Source of the DNA: Minwuiaceae bacterium
GTDB lineage: Bacteria; Pseudomonadota; Alphaproteobacteria; Minwuiales; Minwuiaceae
Reading direction: 5' to 3'
Length of the DNA: 64,000 nt
NCBI GenBank assembly: GCA_028278525.1
Contig: JANQEE010000017.1
Location: 66,274-130,273, forward strand
The translations under genes were made by a program, and so were the position numbers. Below the pieces are notes generated by a model, which worked only from the letters and a program-made list of their open reading frames with translations, was not told the origin of the DNA and searched no databases. Below are positions 10,669 to 18,413 of this stretch, piece by piece; position 1 is the stretch's first letter; the number at the start of each line of letters is the position of its first letter.

Positions 10669-11421
10669 GTGACGCGTTTGTCCGAGCGGCATCATTCGAC
10701 ATATGGATGGCGGGCGAAGATCGGGCTGATCGTCCCGCCGACCAACACGGTCAATGAAAGCGAGTGGCGCCTCGCGGTGCCGGATGGCGTGTCCTTTCAC
10801 ACCCACCGCATGGCGCTGCACAGCGACATTGACAGCGAGACCGGGCGGGCGCGGCTCGACAGCGACCTCGATAGCGCTTTCGCGATGCTGCTGCCGGCCG
10901 GACCGGACGTTATCGCCTATGCCTGCACGGCGGGCTCCATGGTCAAGCCGGCGGAATCCCTGCCCGACGCGCTGTCCGAGCGCCACGGGGTGAAGGCGGT
11001 GACCACATCGGCCGCCATCGTCGCCGCGCTCAGATCGCTCGGCGCCGCCCGCCTGTCGGTCGCCACGCCGTACGGCGACACGCTCAACGCCCATGAGACC
11101 TGTTTTCTGGAAGATCACGGCTTTCGCGTCGAGCGGATCATCGGGCTCGGCATCGGAGAGGGTGGGCCTTCGGAGTTTCCACTGATCGCCCAAACCGGCA
11201 TCGAGCAGGTGCACGCGCATGCCTCAGCGGCATTTGCGCCGGAAAGCGATGCGCTGGTGCTGCTGTGCACCGATTTTCCGACTCAGGCCCTGATCGGCCG
11301 ATTGGAGGCCGAGCTCGGCGTGCCGGTGGTCACCTCCAATCAGGCCACGCTGTGGGCATGCCTCCGGGCCGCCGGCCTTGACGACCGGCCCGCGGCGCTC
11401 GGCCGGCTTGCCAGGCAATGA
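10669..11421 (+). CDS. Asp/Glu/hydantoin racemase-family protein (second copy; maleate isomerase / arylmalonate decarboxylase-like)
   Basis: The motif KIGLIVPPTNTVNESE and a conserved Cys pair identify the family. It has a GTG start. Confidence 0.75.
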   Translation: MTRLSERHHSTYGWRAKIGLIVPPTNTVNESEWRLAVPDGVSFHTHRMALHSDIDSETGRARLDSDLDSAFAMLLPAGPDVIAYACTAGSMVKPAESLPDALSERHGVKAVTTSAAIVAALRSLGAARLSVATPYGDTLNAHETCFLEDHGFRVERIIGLGIGEGGPSEFPLIAQTGIEQVHAHASAAFAPESDALVLLCTDFPTQALIGRLEAELGVPVVTSNQATLWACLRAAGLDDRPAALGRLARQ

Positions 11422-11469
11422 CCAGCAACTTCAAACCACGGCGATGGCCGACAACGAGATAGAGAGAGA

Positions 11470-12330
11470 TTGATGGCTGATTCCGCACTCAAGGCTGCAC
11501 TAGCAGATGGCGATTTCGTTTTGGCGCCCGGCGTCTTCGACCTGATATCGGCCAAGATCGCCGATGGTATGGATTTCAGGGCGCTTTACGTTACGGGGTA
11601 CGGCACCGTCGCGTCCTATCTGGGTCTCCCCGATGCCGGCATCGCCACCTATCGCGACATGCTGGAGCGCATCGAACAGATCATCAAGATGACCCGGCTG
11701 CCGGTCATCGCCGATGCCGATACCGGCTATGGCGGTCTGTTGAACGTACGCCAGACCGTGCTGGGCTACGAGGCGGCGGGCGTCAGTGCGATGCAGATGG
11801 AGGACCAGGAATTCCCGAAACGTTGCGGCCACACACCGGGGCGTCGCGTCATCGCGCTGGAGGACATGGTGCGCAAGATCGAGGTGGCCGTCGACAGCCG
11901 CAAGAGCGATGACTTCCTGATCATCGCGCGCACGGATTCGCGCACCGCGCTCGGCATCGACGAGGCAATCCGCCGCGGCCAGGCATTCCGACGGGCGGGC
12001 GCCGATGTCGTGTTTATCGAAGCGCCGGAATCGGTCGAGGAAATGCGCAAGGTGCGCGAGGAGATCGAAGGGCCGCTCTTCGCCAATATGGTCAACGGCG
12101 GCAGCACGCCTTTATTGTCCGCCGCGCAACTGGCGGAGATGGGCTATCAGATCGCCATTCACCCGGCGCTCGGTTTCCTTGCAGCGGGCGCGGCGCTGGA
12201 AAAGGCCTATGGCGATCTGCTCGCCAACGGCAAGACCAGCGACGATATCGATCTCTACCCCTTCGAGGCGTTCAACAAGCTCGTCGGTTTCGAGGATGTT
12301 TGGGCGTTCGAGAAGAAGTACGCCAGTTGA
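11470..12330 (+). CDS. Isocitrate lyase/PEP mutase-family enzyme (methylisocitrate lyase / carboxyvinyl-carboxyphosphonate phosphorylmutase / oxaloacetate decarboxylase-like)
   Basis: It carries the K(R)CGH signature (EFPKRCGHTPGRRV), has a TIM-barrel layout, and is 286 aa. Confidence 0.85.
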   Translation: MMADSALKAALADGDFVLAPGVFDLISAKIADGMDFRALYVTGYGTVASYLGLPDAGIATYRDMLERIEQIIKMTRLPVIADADTGYGGLLNVRQTVLGYEAAGVSAMQMEDQEFPKRCGHTPGRRVIALEDMVRKIEVAVDSRKSDDFLIIARTDSRTALGIDEAIRRGQAFRRAGADVVFIEAPESVEEMRKVREEIEGPLFANMVNGGSTPLLSAAQLAEMGYQIAIHPALGFLAAGAALEKAYGDLLANGKTSDDIDLYPFEAFNKLVGFEDVWAFEKKYAS

Positions 12331-12353
12331 TCGCGCGTTAGCGGGCGACGGCC

Positions 12354-13037
12354 ATGGCTCAACAAGCGGGAGGAGAGGTCGTGAACGAAAGCGCGCAGGA
12401 AAACTATGCCAACGTCTACGACAACAAAGCGGGCTTCGGCAAAGCGCCAGCCTTGGTGATGGTCGATTTCGCCCATGCCTATTTCGATCCGCAATGCAGC
12501 CTGTATGCCGGCGTCGACGACGCGCTCGCATCCGCGTTACGGGTGCGCGACCATGCGCGCGCCGCCAGCGTGCCGGTGGTGTTGACGCGCGTCATCTATC
12601 AGGAAGGCGGCTTGGACGGCGGCCGCTTCTTCGAGAAGGCGAAGCCGCTCGCCGCGTTCATCGAAGGCCGGCGCACCGCGGAATTCGCGGACGGACTGGT
12701 GCCGCAGGCCGACGAATTGATCGTTACCAAGCAATATCCCAGCGCCTTTTTCGGCACCTCTCTTGCTTCGACCCTGCATGCGCGCGGCATCGACAGCGTC
12801 ATCCTTACCGGGCTGACGACCAGCGGCTGCGTGCGCGCCTCCTGCGTCGACGCCATGTCGCACGGCTTCATTACAAGCGTCGTGGCCGATGCCTGCGGCG
12901 ACCGCCACGCGGGACCGCACGAGGCCAATCTGTTCGACATGAACGCCAAATACGCCGATGTCGTCTCCGAGGCCGAGATCATCGCCTTTCTCGACCGGCT
13001 CGGCGGGCCTCTCGCCGGCGAGGCAAGGGCTTCTTGA
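12354..13037 (+). CDS. Isochorismatase-family cysteine hydrolase (maleamate/N-carbamoylsarcosine amidase-like)
   Basis: The conserved LTGLTTSGCVRAS catalytic-Cys block is present, together with a D...K...C triad layout. Confidence 0.85.
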   Translation: MAQQAGGEVVNESAQENYANVYDNKAGFGKAPALVMVDFAHAYFDPQCSLYAGVDDALASALRVRDHARAASVPVVLTRVIYQEGGLDGGRFFEKAKPLAAFIEGRRTAEFADGLVPQADELIVTKQYPSAFFGTSLASTLHARGIDSVILTGLTTSGCVRASCVDAMSHGFITSVVADACGDRHAGPHEANLFDMNAKYADVVSEAEIIAFLDRLGGPLAGEARAS

Positions 13038-13780
13038 GCGCGGCAAGCAAGCCGCGCCGGATCGCGGTAATCGGCGCGGCCGGCGGCATCGGGCGCGCCG
13101 TGGTGCAATCGCTTGCCGGTGGCGGCCATCGCGTCATCGCGCTCGACCTGCCCGCATCGCTCGAGCGTCATTCCCTCGACGTGCCGACAATCCCCATCGA
13201 CGTGCTGTCGGCGGACGCGGTCGACACGGCGGCGGCCGCGCTTGCCGGCACAGATGAGCCATTGGACGGGCTGGTCAATCTGGCCGGCTATACGCGCGGC
13301 GTCATGCCGCTCGCCGATACCGGGACAGAGGCTTTCGACGATACGGTCGCCGGCAATCTGCGCGGCATGTTTCTGGCGACCAAGGCGCTGCTGCCCTCGA
13401 TGGCGCAGGACGCCTCCATTGTGATGGTCTCTTCCGGCCTGGCGCAATTCATCCGGCCGGGGCACGGCGCCTATGCCGCGTCGAAGGCGGGCGTGATCGC
13501 GCTTGCCAAGACCTTCGCGCTCGAATGCGCGCCGAAAATAAGGGTCAACGCGGTTGCGCCCGGCCCGGTTCAAACCGCATTCCTGACCGGCGGCACAGGG
13601 CGGTCGGACGAGGGCGAGGCAAGCCTGGTAGAGGTCGAGCAGTTTGCCGCCGCCGTGCCGATGGGCCGAATTGCCCAGCCTGAAGACATCGTCGGCCCGA
13701 TCGAATTCCTGCTTGGGCCGCAAAGCGGATTCATGACGGGCCAGGTTTTGTGGGTCAATGGCGGCGCCTACATGCCTTGA
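13034..13780 (+). CDS. SDR-family oxidoreductase
   Basis: It has the VIGAAGGIGRAV motif and a YAASK catalytic motif. A TTG start overlaps the stop of the upstream gene (cTTGA), indicating translational coupling. Confidence 0.75.
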   Translation: MSAASKPRRIAVIGAAGGIGRAVVQSLAGGGHRVIALDLPASLERHSLDVPTIPIDVLSADAVDTAAAALAGTDEPLDGLVNLAGYTRGVMPLADTGTEAFDDTVAGNLRGMFLATKALLPSMAQDASIVMVSSGLAQFIRPGHGAYAASKAGVIALAKTFALECAPKIRVNAVAPGPVQTAFLTGGTGRSDEGEASLVEVEQFAAAVPMGRIAQPEDIVGPIEFLLGPQSGFMTGQVLWVNGGAYMP

Positions 13781-14323
13781 CGGGCTTGTCCGTGCAGCGT
13801 CGCCGATTAGGGTGGCTTGTATGAAGTTTTAGGATTCGTCCGTGCGGGCCGGCGAGAAGGTTTTGCGATAGCCCCAATTGGTGTAAAGCTTCGGGGGCTC
13901 AAGAATCCCCGCTTCAAGAGTGGATTGACCTATCGGGCTATTTCTTTGTGCAAGCGGTCGCTCGATATGCAGCCGATGCCGTCACCAAAGAAACCCTTAG
14001 TCCAACAAATTGTGTAATTGATAGGCAGGCGCGAGCACGGCAAAATCTTGCCAAAATTGGCTGGCATAATGGACCTTCGATTGTTGTTGGGACAAATCCA
14101 GACAGTGACGCTCCGCAAATCGAACCATTGGCATCGAAACCTAGCAATGAAATCGAAAACGCGACCCATGCCATGAGGGACGGAAGCTATGTTCCACGCC
14201 CCCGAGGCGAGGCCGAAAGGAATGCGTATGCAATAGGCGTCTAGCTAGCTTAAGCGGTGCCGCTCGCAGCGAGCCCTGGCGATCGGCATCGAATCGACGC
14301 CGCGAGGGAGCAAGGGAGTACGA

Positions 14324-14533
14324 GTGGACAATTTCAACGACGGCTTGTCACATAAATCCCAGAAGGAACTACAGACCCAATACGGTCCGCTGAAAGGCCA
14401 CGAGTGGCTTGAACTCGACAATTGGGCCTTTCAGGAACTGCCAAAGTCGGCCTACAAGCTGCTTCGGAAGATCTATCGGCATCACAAAGTGCCGATAGCT
14501 AAATGGCTCAAGCAGTCGCCTCGGCGCACCTGA
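14324..14533 (+). CDS. Hypothetical small protein in a low-GC spacer
   Basis: The 69-aa ORF has a protein-like composition and lies in a roughly 900-bp AT-richer stretch. No homology was recognised. Confidence 0.25.
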   Translation: MDNFNDGLSHKSQKELQTQYGPLKGHEWLELDNWAFQELPKSAYKLLRKIYRHHKVPIAKWLKQSPRRT

Positions 14534-14686
14534 TCTTCCATTGCATGGCTAGGTGGCCGCTCGGAGTCCCGCCGCGAGGCCTACACCCGTAGCCCAACGA
14601 CGGCGTTCGCCGCCGATAAGGCAGCCTTTCCGGGCCACTGGCCATTCGGCCGGTCAACGAACGCCGTCTATCGGTTCCATCCGGGA

Positions 14687-15931
14687 CTAGAACCTTGGCA
14701 CATCGAACCGAACCGGCAGTGACAGAATAACGGCGTATTCGGGGCCGTCATCGGTCAAACCGACCACGCCGGCAAGATCGAGCAATACGCCACGGCCAAG
14801 CACCGACGATGCACCGATGGTAAAGGAACCAACAGTCCGATCCGAGCCGTCAACCTTGTCACCGTCGACTTCAGCCTCTTGCGAAAACTGCTGATCAAAG
14901 AAAAACCGCAAGGATGTGGATGGGCTGGCGGCCAGGACGGCACCAAGCGAGAAAGCAAGCTCGTCGCCCGGTTCGATATCGTCCTCTTCGAAGGTACTCT
15001 CGTACAAAAAGCTGGCAACGAATGCGAGAGGATCCTGTCTTTTGACCGCCGTCAACGACCCCCTGATCTCGTTGAAACCCGCGCCGAGCGCAACACCGTC
15101 GTCGAACCTTTCGCCGGTGTCGGAATCCCACGTAATTCTCCCGACAAGATCGGGCCACCACCGGTCTTCACGCAGTAAAGCCTTGGCCAGCCCGATGCGA
15201 AAATCGCCGAACCCCGAGCCGAATCCGCTTTCTTCGTCGCGTGCGCCGAAAACCACGCTTGTTACCGCCGATTGATCGACGAAATTGTACGGCAGGCCGA
15301 CCTCGAACTGGGCGTCCCAAGGCAAGCCGAGACGCAATTCCAGTTCGGCCTCGAATTCATTGCGGCGAACGTTCCGTTCCGCAAGAAACGTCGTAGCGCC
15401 CTCCGTGAAGAAAACCGGCGCATCGTTCTCTCTTCTCGTATAGCTGAAGCTGGGTTCTATTTGCGCTTTTCCGAACGGCAGCAAAAGAGCGCCCTCTTGC
15501 ACGAGCGTACGCTCCAACGCGCGGTCGATCGCGTCCTCGTCAATTTCGAACTCGCCGGGCGCCGGTTGTGGCGCTTGGTCGGTTACGGGCTCCGACGCCG
15601 CGGTCCGATAATTTGGAGATTGGATAATATCGGGGACGGCCGCACGCGAGGCGGGGGCGCCATTGAATGCCGCCGTTGCCAGGTCCGTTGCGTTGGGCGA
15701 GGCGCTTCCAGCCATCGCCCGCTCGAGCTGTTGCACGCGCTGTATGAGGTCCAAGATGACCGCGTCGCGGTCTTCGAGCAGCTCCTGCAGATGTTGGATG
15801 GTCGGCTCTTCGTCGGCTGCGTATGCAGCCGCCGGAACGAATACAGATGCCGACAACGCGCAAAGACAAGCCAGCATCCTGTTTACCGAGTAGACACTCG
15901 TCCGGGTCGGCAGTTTATTCATGTCCCCCAC
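14687..15931 (-). CDS. FapF-like outer-membrane beta-barrel secretion channel (signal peptide, periplasmic coiled coil, Ala/Pro linker, barrel with C-terminal Phe)
   Basis: The N-terminus (MNKLPTRTSVYSVNRMLACLCALSASVFVPAAAYAADE) is a signal peptide, followed by a heptad coiled coil (IQHLQELLEDRDAVILDLIQRVQQLERAMAG), then a low-complexity A/P/S linker. After that come alternating amphipathic beta-strands ending in ...VRFDVPRF. The probable true start is the ATG at 15922. Confidence 0.6.
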   Translation of the reverse strand: MGDMNKLPTRTSVYSVNRMLACLCALSASVFVPAAAYAADEEPTIQHLQELLEDRDAVILDLIQRVQQLERAMAGSASPNATDLATAAFNGAPASRAAVPDIIQSPNYRTAASEPVTDQAPQPAPGEFEIDEDAIDRALERTLVQEGALLLPFGKAQIEPSFSYTRRENDAPVFFTEGATTFLAERNVRRNEFEAELELRLGLPWDAQFEVGLPYNFVDQSAVTSVVFGARDEESGFGSGFGDFRIGLAKALLREDRWWPDLVGRITWDSDTGERFDDGVALGAGFNEIRGSLTAVKRQDPLAFVASFLYESTFEEDDIEPGDELAFSLGAVLAASPSTSLRFFFDQQFSQEAEVDGDKVDGSDRTVGSFTIGASSVLGRGVLLDLAGVVGLTDDGPEYAVILSLPVRFDVPRF

Positions 15932-15961
15932 CCCATCTTTTTCGAAAGGCCATGCCTTGGC

Positions 15962-16645
15962 TCAGCGAAGCATGACGAAGTCCTCGGGTCGGGGGGCGAG
16001 CCTGTTGGGAAGTACGGTACCGTCGCGTCGCGCGACCACGAACCCTACCCTTCCGACCTGCGGATACTTTATCCAGGAACTTTCGAACTTGCCCGCGAGC
16101 ATCGTGCGATTGCCGAACGCCGGGTCGGCCAAGAGGACCCGATTGCCGCGCATCCCCCGGAACACCACGAAATGGTTGTATCCGTCGAAATTGACGGGAA
16201 CCATTATCGGCGCACGCTGCTTCAGGTCGTCCAGAGTCAGGCTCCCGTAACCGATCCCTTCGTAGCCTCGGTCGTCGACATATTTCTTCAAGTCAAGCAG
16301 CGAGAAACCATGACGCAACCGAAGCAGACGGGGATTTGCGATGTATTCCTCGCGACTGATCAGCCCCGAGGCGACCTCTTTCTCGGATACAGGGTCGCCA
16401 TGCTGATAGTTGAGGATGGTAGCGAGAGCGGCCGCTCCGCAGCTTAGATCCCACTTCTGAACGACCACCCGGTCTTGGCGGATTTCGAGAAAGGAACGGA
16501 CGGGCTTCGACCCTTCGGCAAGTGCAGCAAAACACGGCGATATGCCGACCAGAATCGTAGCAATGAAAACACGTAACCGAACGTTGATGCGTCCGGTAGC
16601 TCGCCGGGCGTCGGCCCGGCGGCGGGTCTCATTTTGGCTCGACAT
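15962..16645 (-). CDS. Standalone peptidase C39-like cysteine peptidase (FapD-like), secreted
   Basis: The C39 catalytic block WDLSCGAAALATILNYQHG is present, with a signal peptide-like N-terminus (RVFIATILVGISPCFAALA). The start was trimmed to MSSQNE (ATG complement at 16643-16645). It ends 31 bp upstream of the outer-membrane protein gene. Confidence 0.7.
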   Translation of the reverse strand: MSSQNETRRRADARRATGRINVRLRVFIATILVGISPCFAALAEGSKPVRSFLEIRQDRVVVQKWDLSCGAAALATILNYQHGDPVSEKEVASGLISREEYIANPRLLRLRHGFSLLDLKKYVDDRGYEGIGYGSLTLDDLKQRAPIMVPVNFDGYNHFVVFRGMRGNRVLLADPAFGNRTMLAGKFESSWIKYPQVGRVGFVVARRDGTVLPNRLAPRPEDFVMLR

Positions 16646-16834
16646 GGGCCCATCCCCTGTTAGACCGAATCGAGTACTCCAGGTTGACCTTAGCCCAACA
16701 GCACATCCATTGAACGTAAAATCGACGCTTGGGACAACCGCTACTACGCTGCGCCACAATCGGAAATCGATGCGGCTTCAGCGGTAAACGGACCCGTTGA
16801 AGCCCGATCTGTCGAACTCTTTGCCTCTGTGGAG

Positions 16835-16921
16835 GATGACACAGTCAAACTGCGAATAGCGAGATAACTAATCAACATATCACCCGTTTGGGGGACCTGC
16901 GGACCGTCAGACTGTGTCATT
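16835..16921. promoter_or_regulatory. Inverted repeat (gatgacacagtc ... gactgtgtcat) in the divergent promoter region between the C39 peptidase gene and the LuxR-type regulator
   Basis: The 11/12-nt arms lie at 16835-16846 and 16910-16921 within the 300-bp intergenic region. Confidence 0.4.
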
Positions 16922-16947
16922 CTTGGAATTGGGGGTAGCAAGGTCGA

Positions 16948-17658
16948 ATGACTACCACGATTGCGCTGATCGACGAGAGAACACTCACCCGCCAATGCTT
17001 GGCCCGTTGGCTGGAACGCAGCAGCAAGGATTTCAAGATCATCGCAGTTGGAAGACTGGCCGAGCTTGACCAGCGATATGAGCAAAATGAGGACCCTCAT
17101 CTGGTGCTGCTCAGCGTCGGCCACCTGACGGTGACGGACGATGAGGTGCGATCGTCGCTCAAGCAAGTGACCGACCGATTGCCTGACGTGCCTATTATTG
17201 TCCTTTCCGATTCTGAAGACCCTACCGCAGTAGCAGAAGCGATACGCAACGGCGTCAAAGGCTACATTCCAACAACACTCGATTTATCCGTTGCCCTGGA
17301 AGCGCTGCGGCTGGTCCAGGTGGGCGGCACATATGTACCGGCCAGCACTTTCCTTACGGCGCTGGAAAGTCGGGCGCCGGCTTGTCAGCACCAGGAGCCG
17401 CGGCCTGGCGAGCCGCACTCGCTGAAAGGGTTCACACCACGCGAGTTGCAGGTCCTGGAGCTACTTCGAGAGGGCAAGCCGAACAAGATCATCGCCTACG
17501 ACCTGAACATGCAGGAAAGCACCGTGAAAGTTCACGTTCGACACATCATGAAAAAGCTTAAAGCGAGCAATCGTACCCAGGCGGCGTTTCTGGCGCAGCA
17601 GCTGGTGGAAGCGGAACGAGAATACGGGTTGGTGGAGGAGTCCATTCTTACGCACTGA
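16948..17658 (+). CDS. LuxR/FixJ-family response regulator (receiver-like domain plus LuxR HTH)
   Basis: The C-terminal LTPRELQVLELLREGKPNKIIAYDLNMQESTVKVHVRHIMKKL is an HTH_LuxR domain. The N-terminal region is a receiver-like fold. No cognate kinase is adjacent. Confidence 0.8.
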   Translation: MTTTIALIDERTLTRQCLARWLERSSKDFKIIAVGRLAELDQRYEQNEDPHLVLLSVGHLTVTDDEVRSSLKQVTDRLPDVPIIVLSDSEDPTAVAEAIRNGVKGYIPTTLDLSVALEALRLVQVGGTYVPASTFLTALESRAPACQHQEPRPGEPHSLKGFTPRELQVLELLREGKPNKIIAYDLNMQESTVKVHVRHIMKKLKASNRTQAAFLAQQLVEAEREYGLVEESILTH

Positions 17659-17957
17659 CCCCGCCAGATCTTTTTGACCGGCTGACAAGAGGACGCGTCG
17701 TATCGCCGGAGATACGGCTAGAACGTCGAATTAGGGGCCGCCTGCGGGCATGTCACCGGTGGCCGCTCGATTCTCCTGACTCCGTCATACCGTGCGGTCG
17801 GTTTTGCGTAGAGCATTTACATGCGCAAAGCACAAGCCGGACGCGCGCCAGGCGATTGAGCACAACGGAGATAAAAATGCCAAACCTCTACCATTTGGGT
17901 GAAGCGGGAACCGACCAAAAGCGGTAAGGCTGCTGGTATAGTCAGCGGGAGGTCAAT

Positions 17958-18374
17958 ATGAAGAAGCTACTGCTTTTGTCTGTCGTCCTCGGTCTCTCCA
18001 CGTCAACAGCGTGGTCCCAAGAGATTTCAATCAAACCGTCCGAACCGCTTCGCCTGACCCTCAGTCAGATGGAATCGGTTACGGCCGGAGGCTCGCTCGC
18101 ATTGACACTTATCTCTGCGTTGGCATCCGGAGATTCGACGTTGATCAATGGGGTGGCGAGTAGTTTCGCAACAGACGATGTCGCGAACTCGAGCGGGACG
18201 GTTTTTGTCGGCTCGAGTGTGGAACCGGATTCCGACATCGCGGGCAATCAATCAGCGGGCCAGGCGTCAGCGGACGCGTTTGGCGACAACACACTGACGA
18301 TAACGGACGCCTTTGCCCAAACGACGAGTTTGTCTTCTGCGTTGATGCTGTTGTCGCTGGCCGGCGTGGACTGA
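17958..18374 (+). CDS. Small secreted S/T/A/G-rich protein, member 1 of a three-member paralog family (N-motif EPLRLTLSQMESVTAGG; C-motif ASADAFGDNTLTITDAFAQTTSLSS)
   Basis: It has a Sec signal peptide (MKKLLLLSVVLGLSTSTAWSQE). It shares both terminal motifs with the ORFs at 21822 and 23925. Confidence 0.7.
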   Translation: MKKLLLLSVVLGLSTSTAWSQEISIKPSEPLRLTLSQMESVTAGGSLALTLISALASGDSTLINGVASSFATDDVANSSGTVFVGSSVEPDSDIAGNQSAGQASADAFGDNTLTITDAFAQTTSLSSALMLLSLAGVD

Positions 18375-18413
18375 GACGCGGAACATCACCACGGCGGGAC
18401 GAGGCCCGACAAG

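Noticed and set aside
12005-13030. The first roughly 340 codons of the 591-aa ORF 12005..13780.
   Set aside because: Only the last roughly 248 codons, the SDR from TTG 13034, are protein-like. The upstream part overlaps the ICL/PEPM-family and isochorismatase genes in another frame and is Arg-rich.
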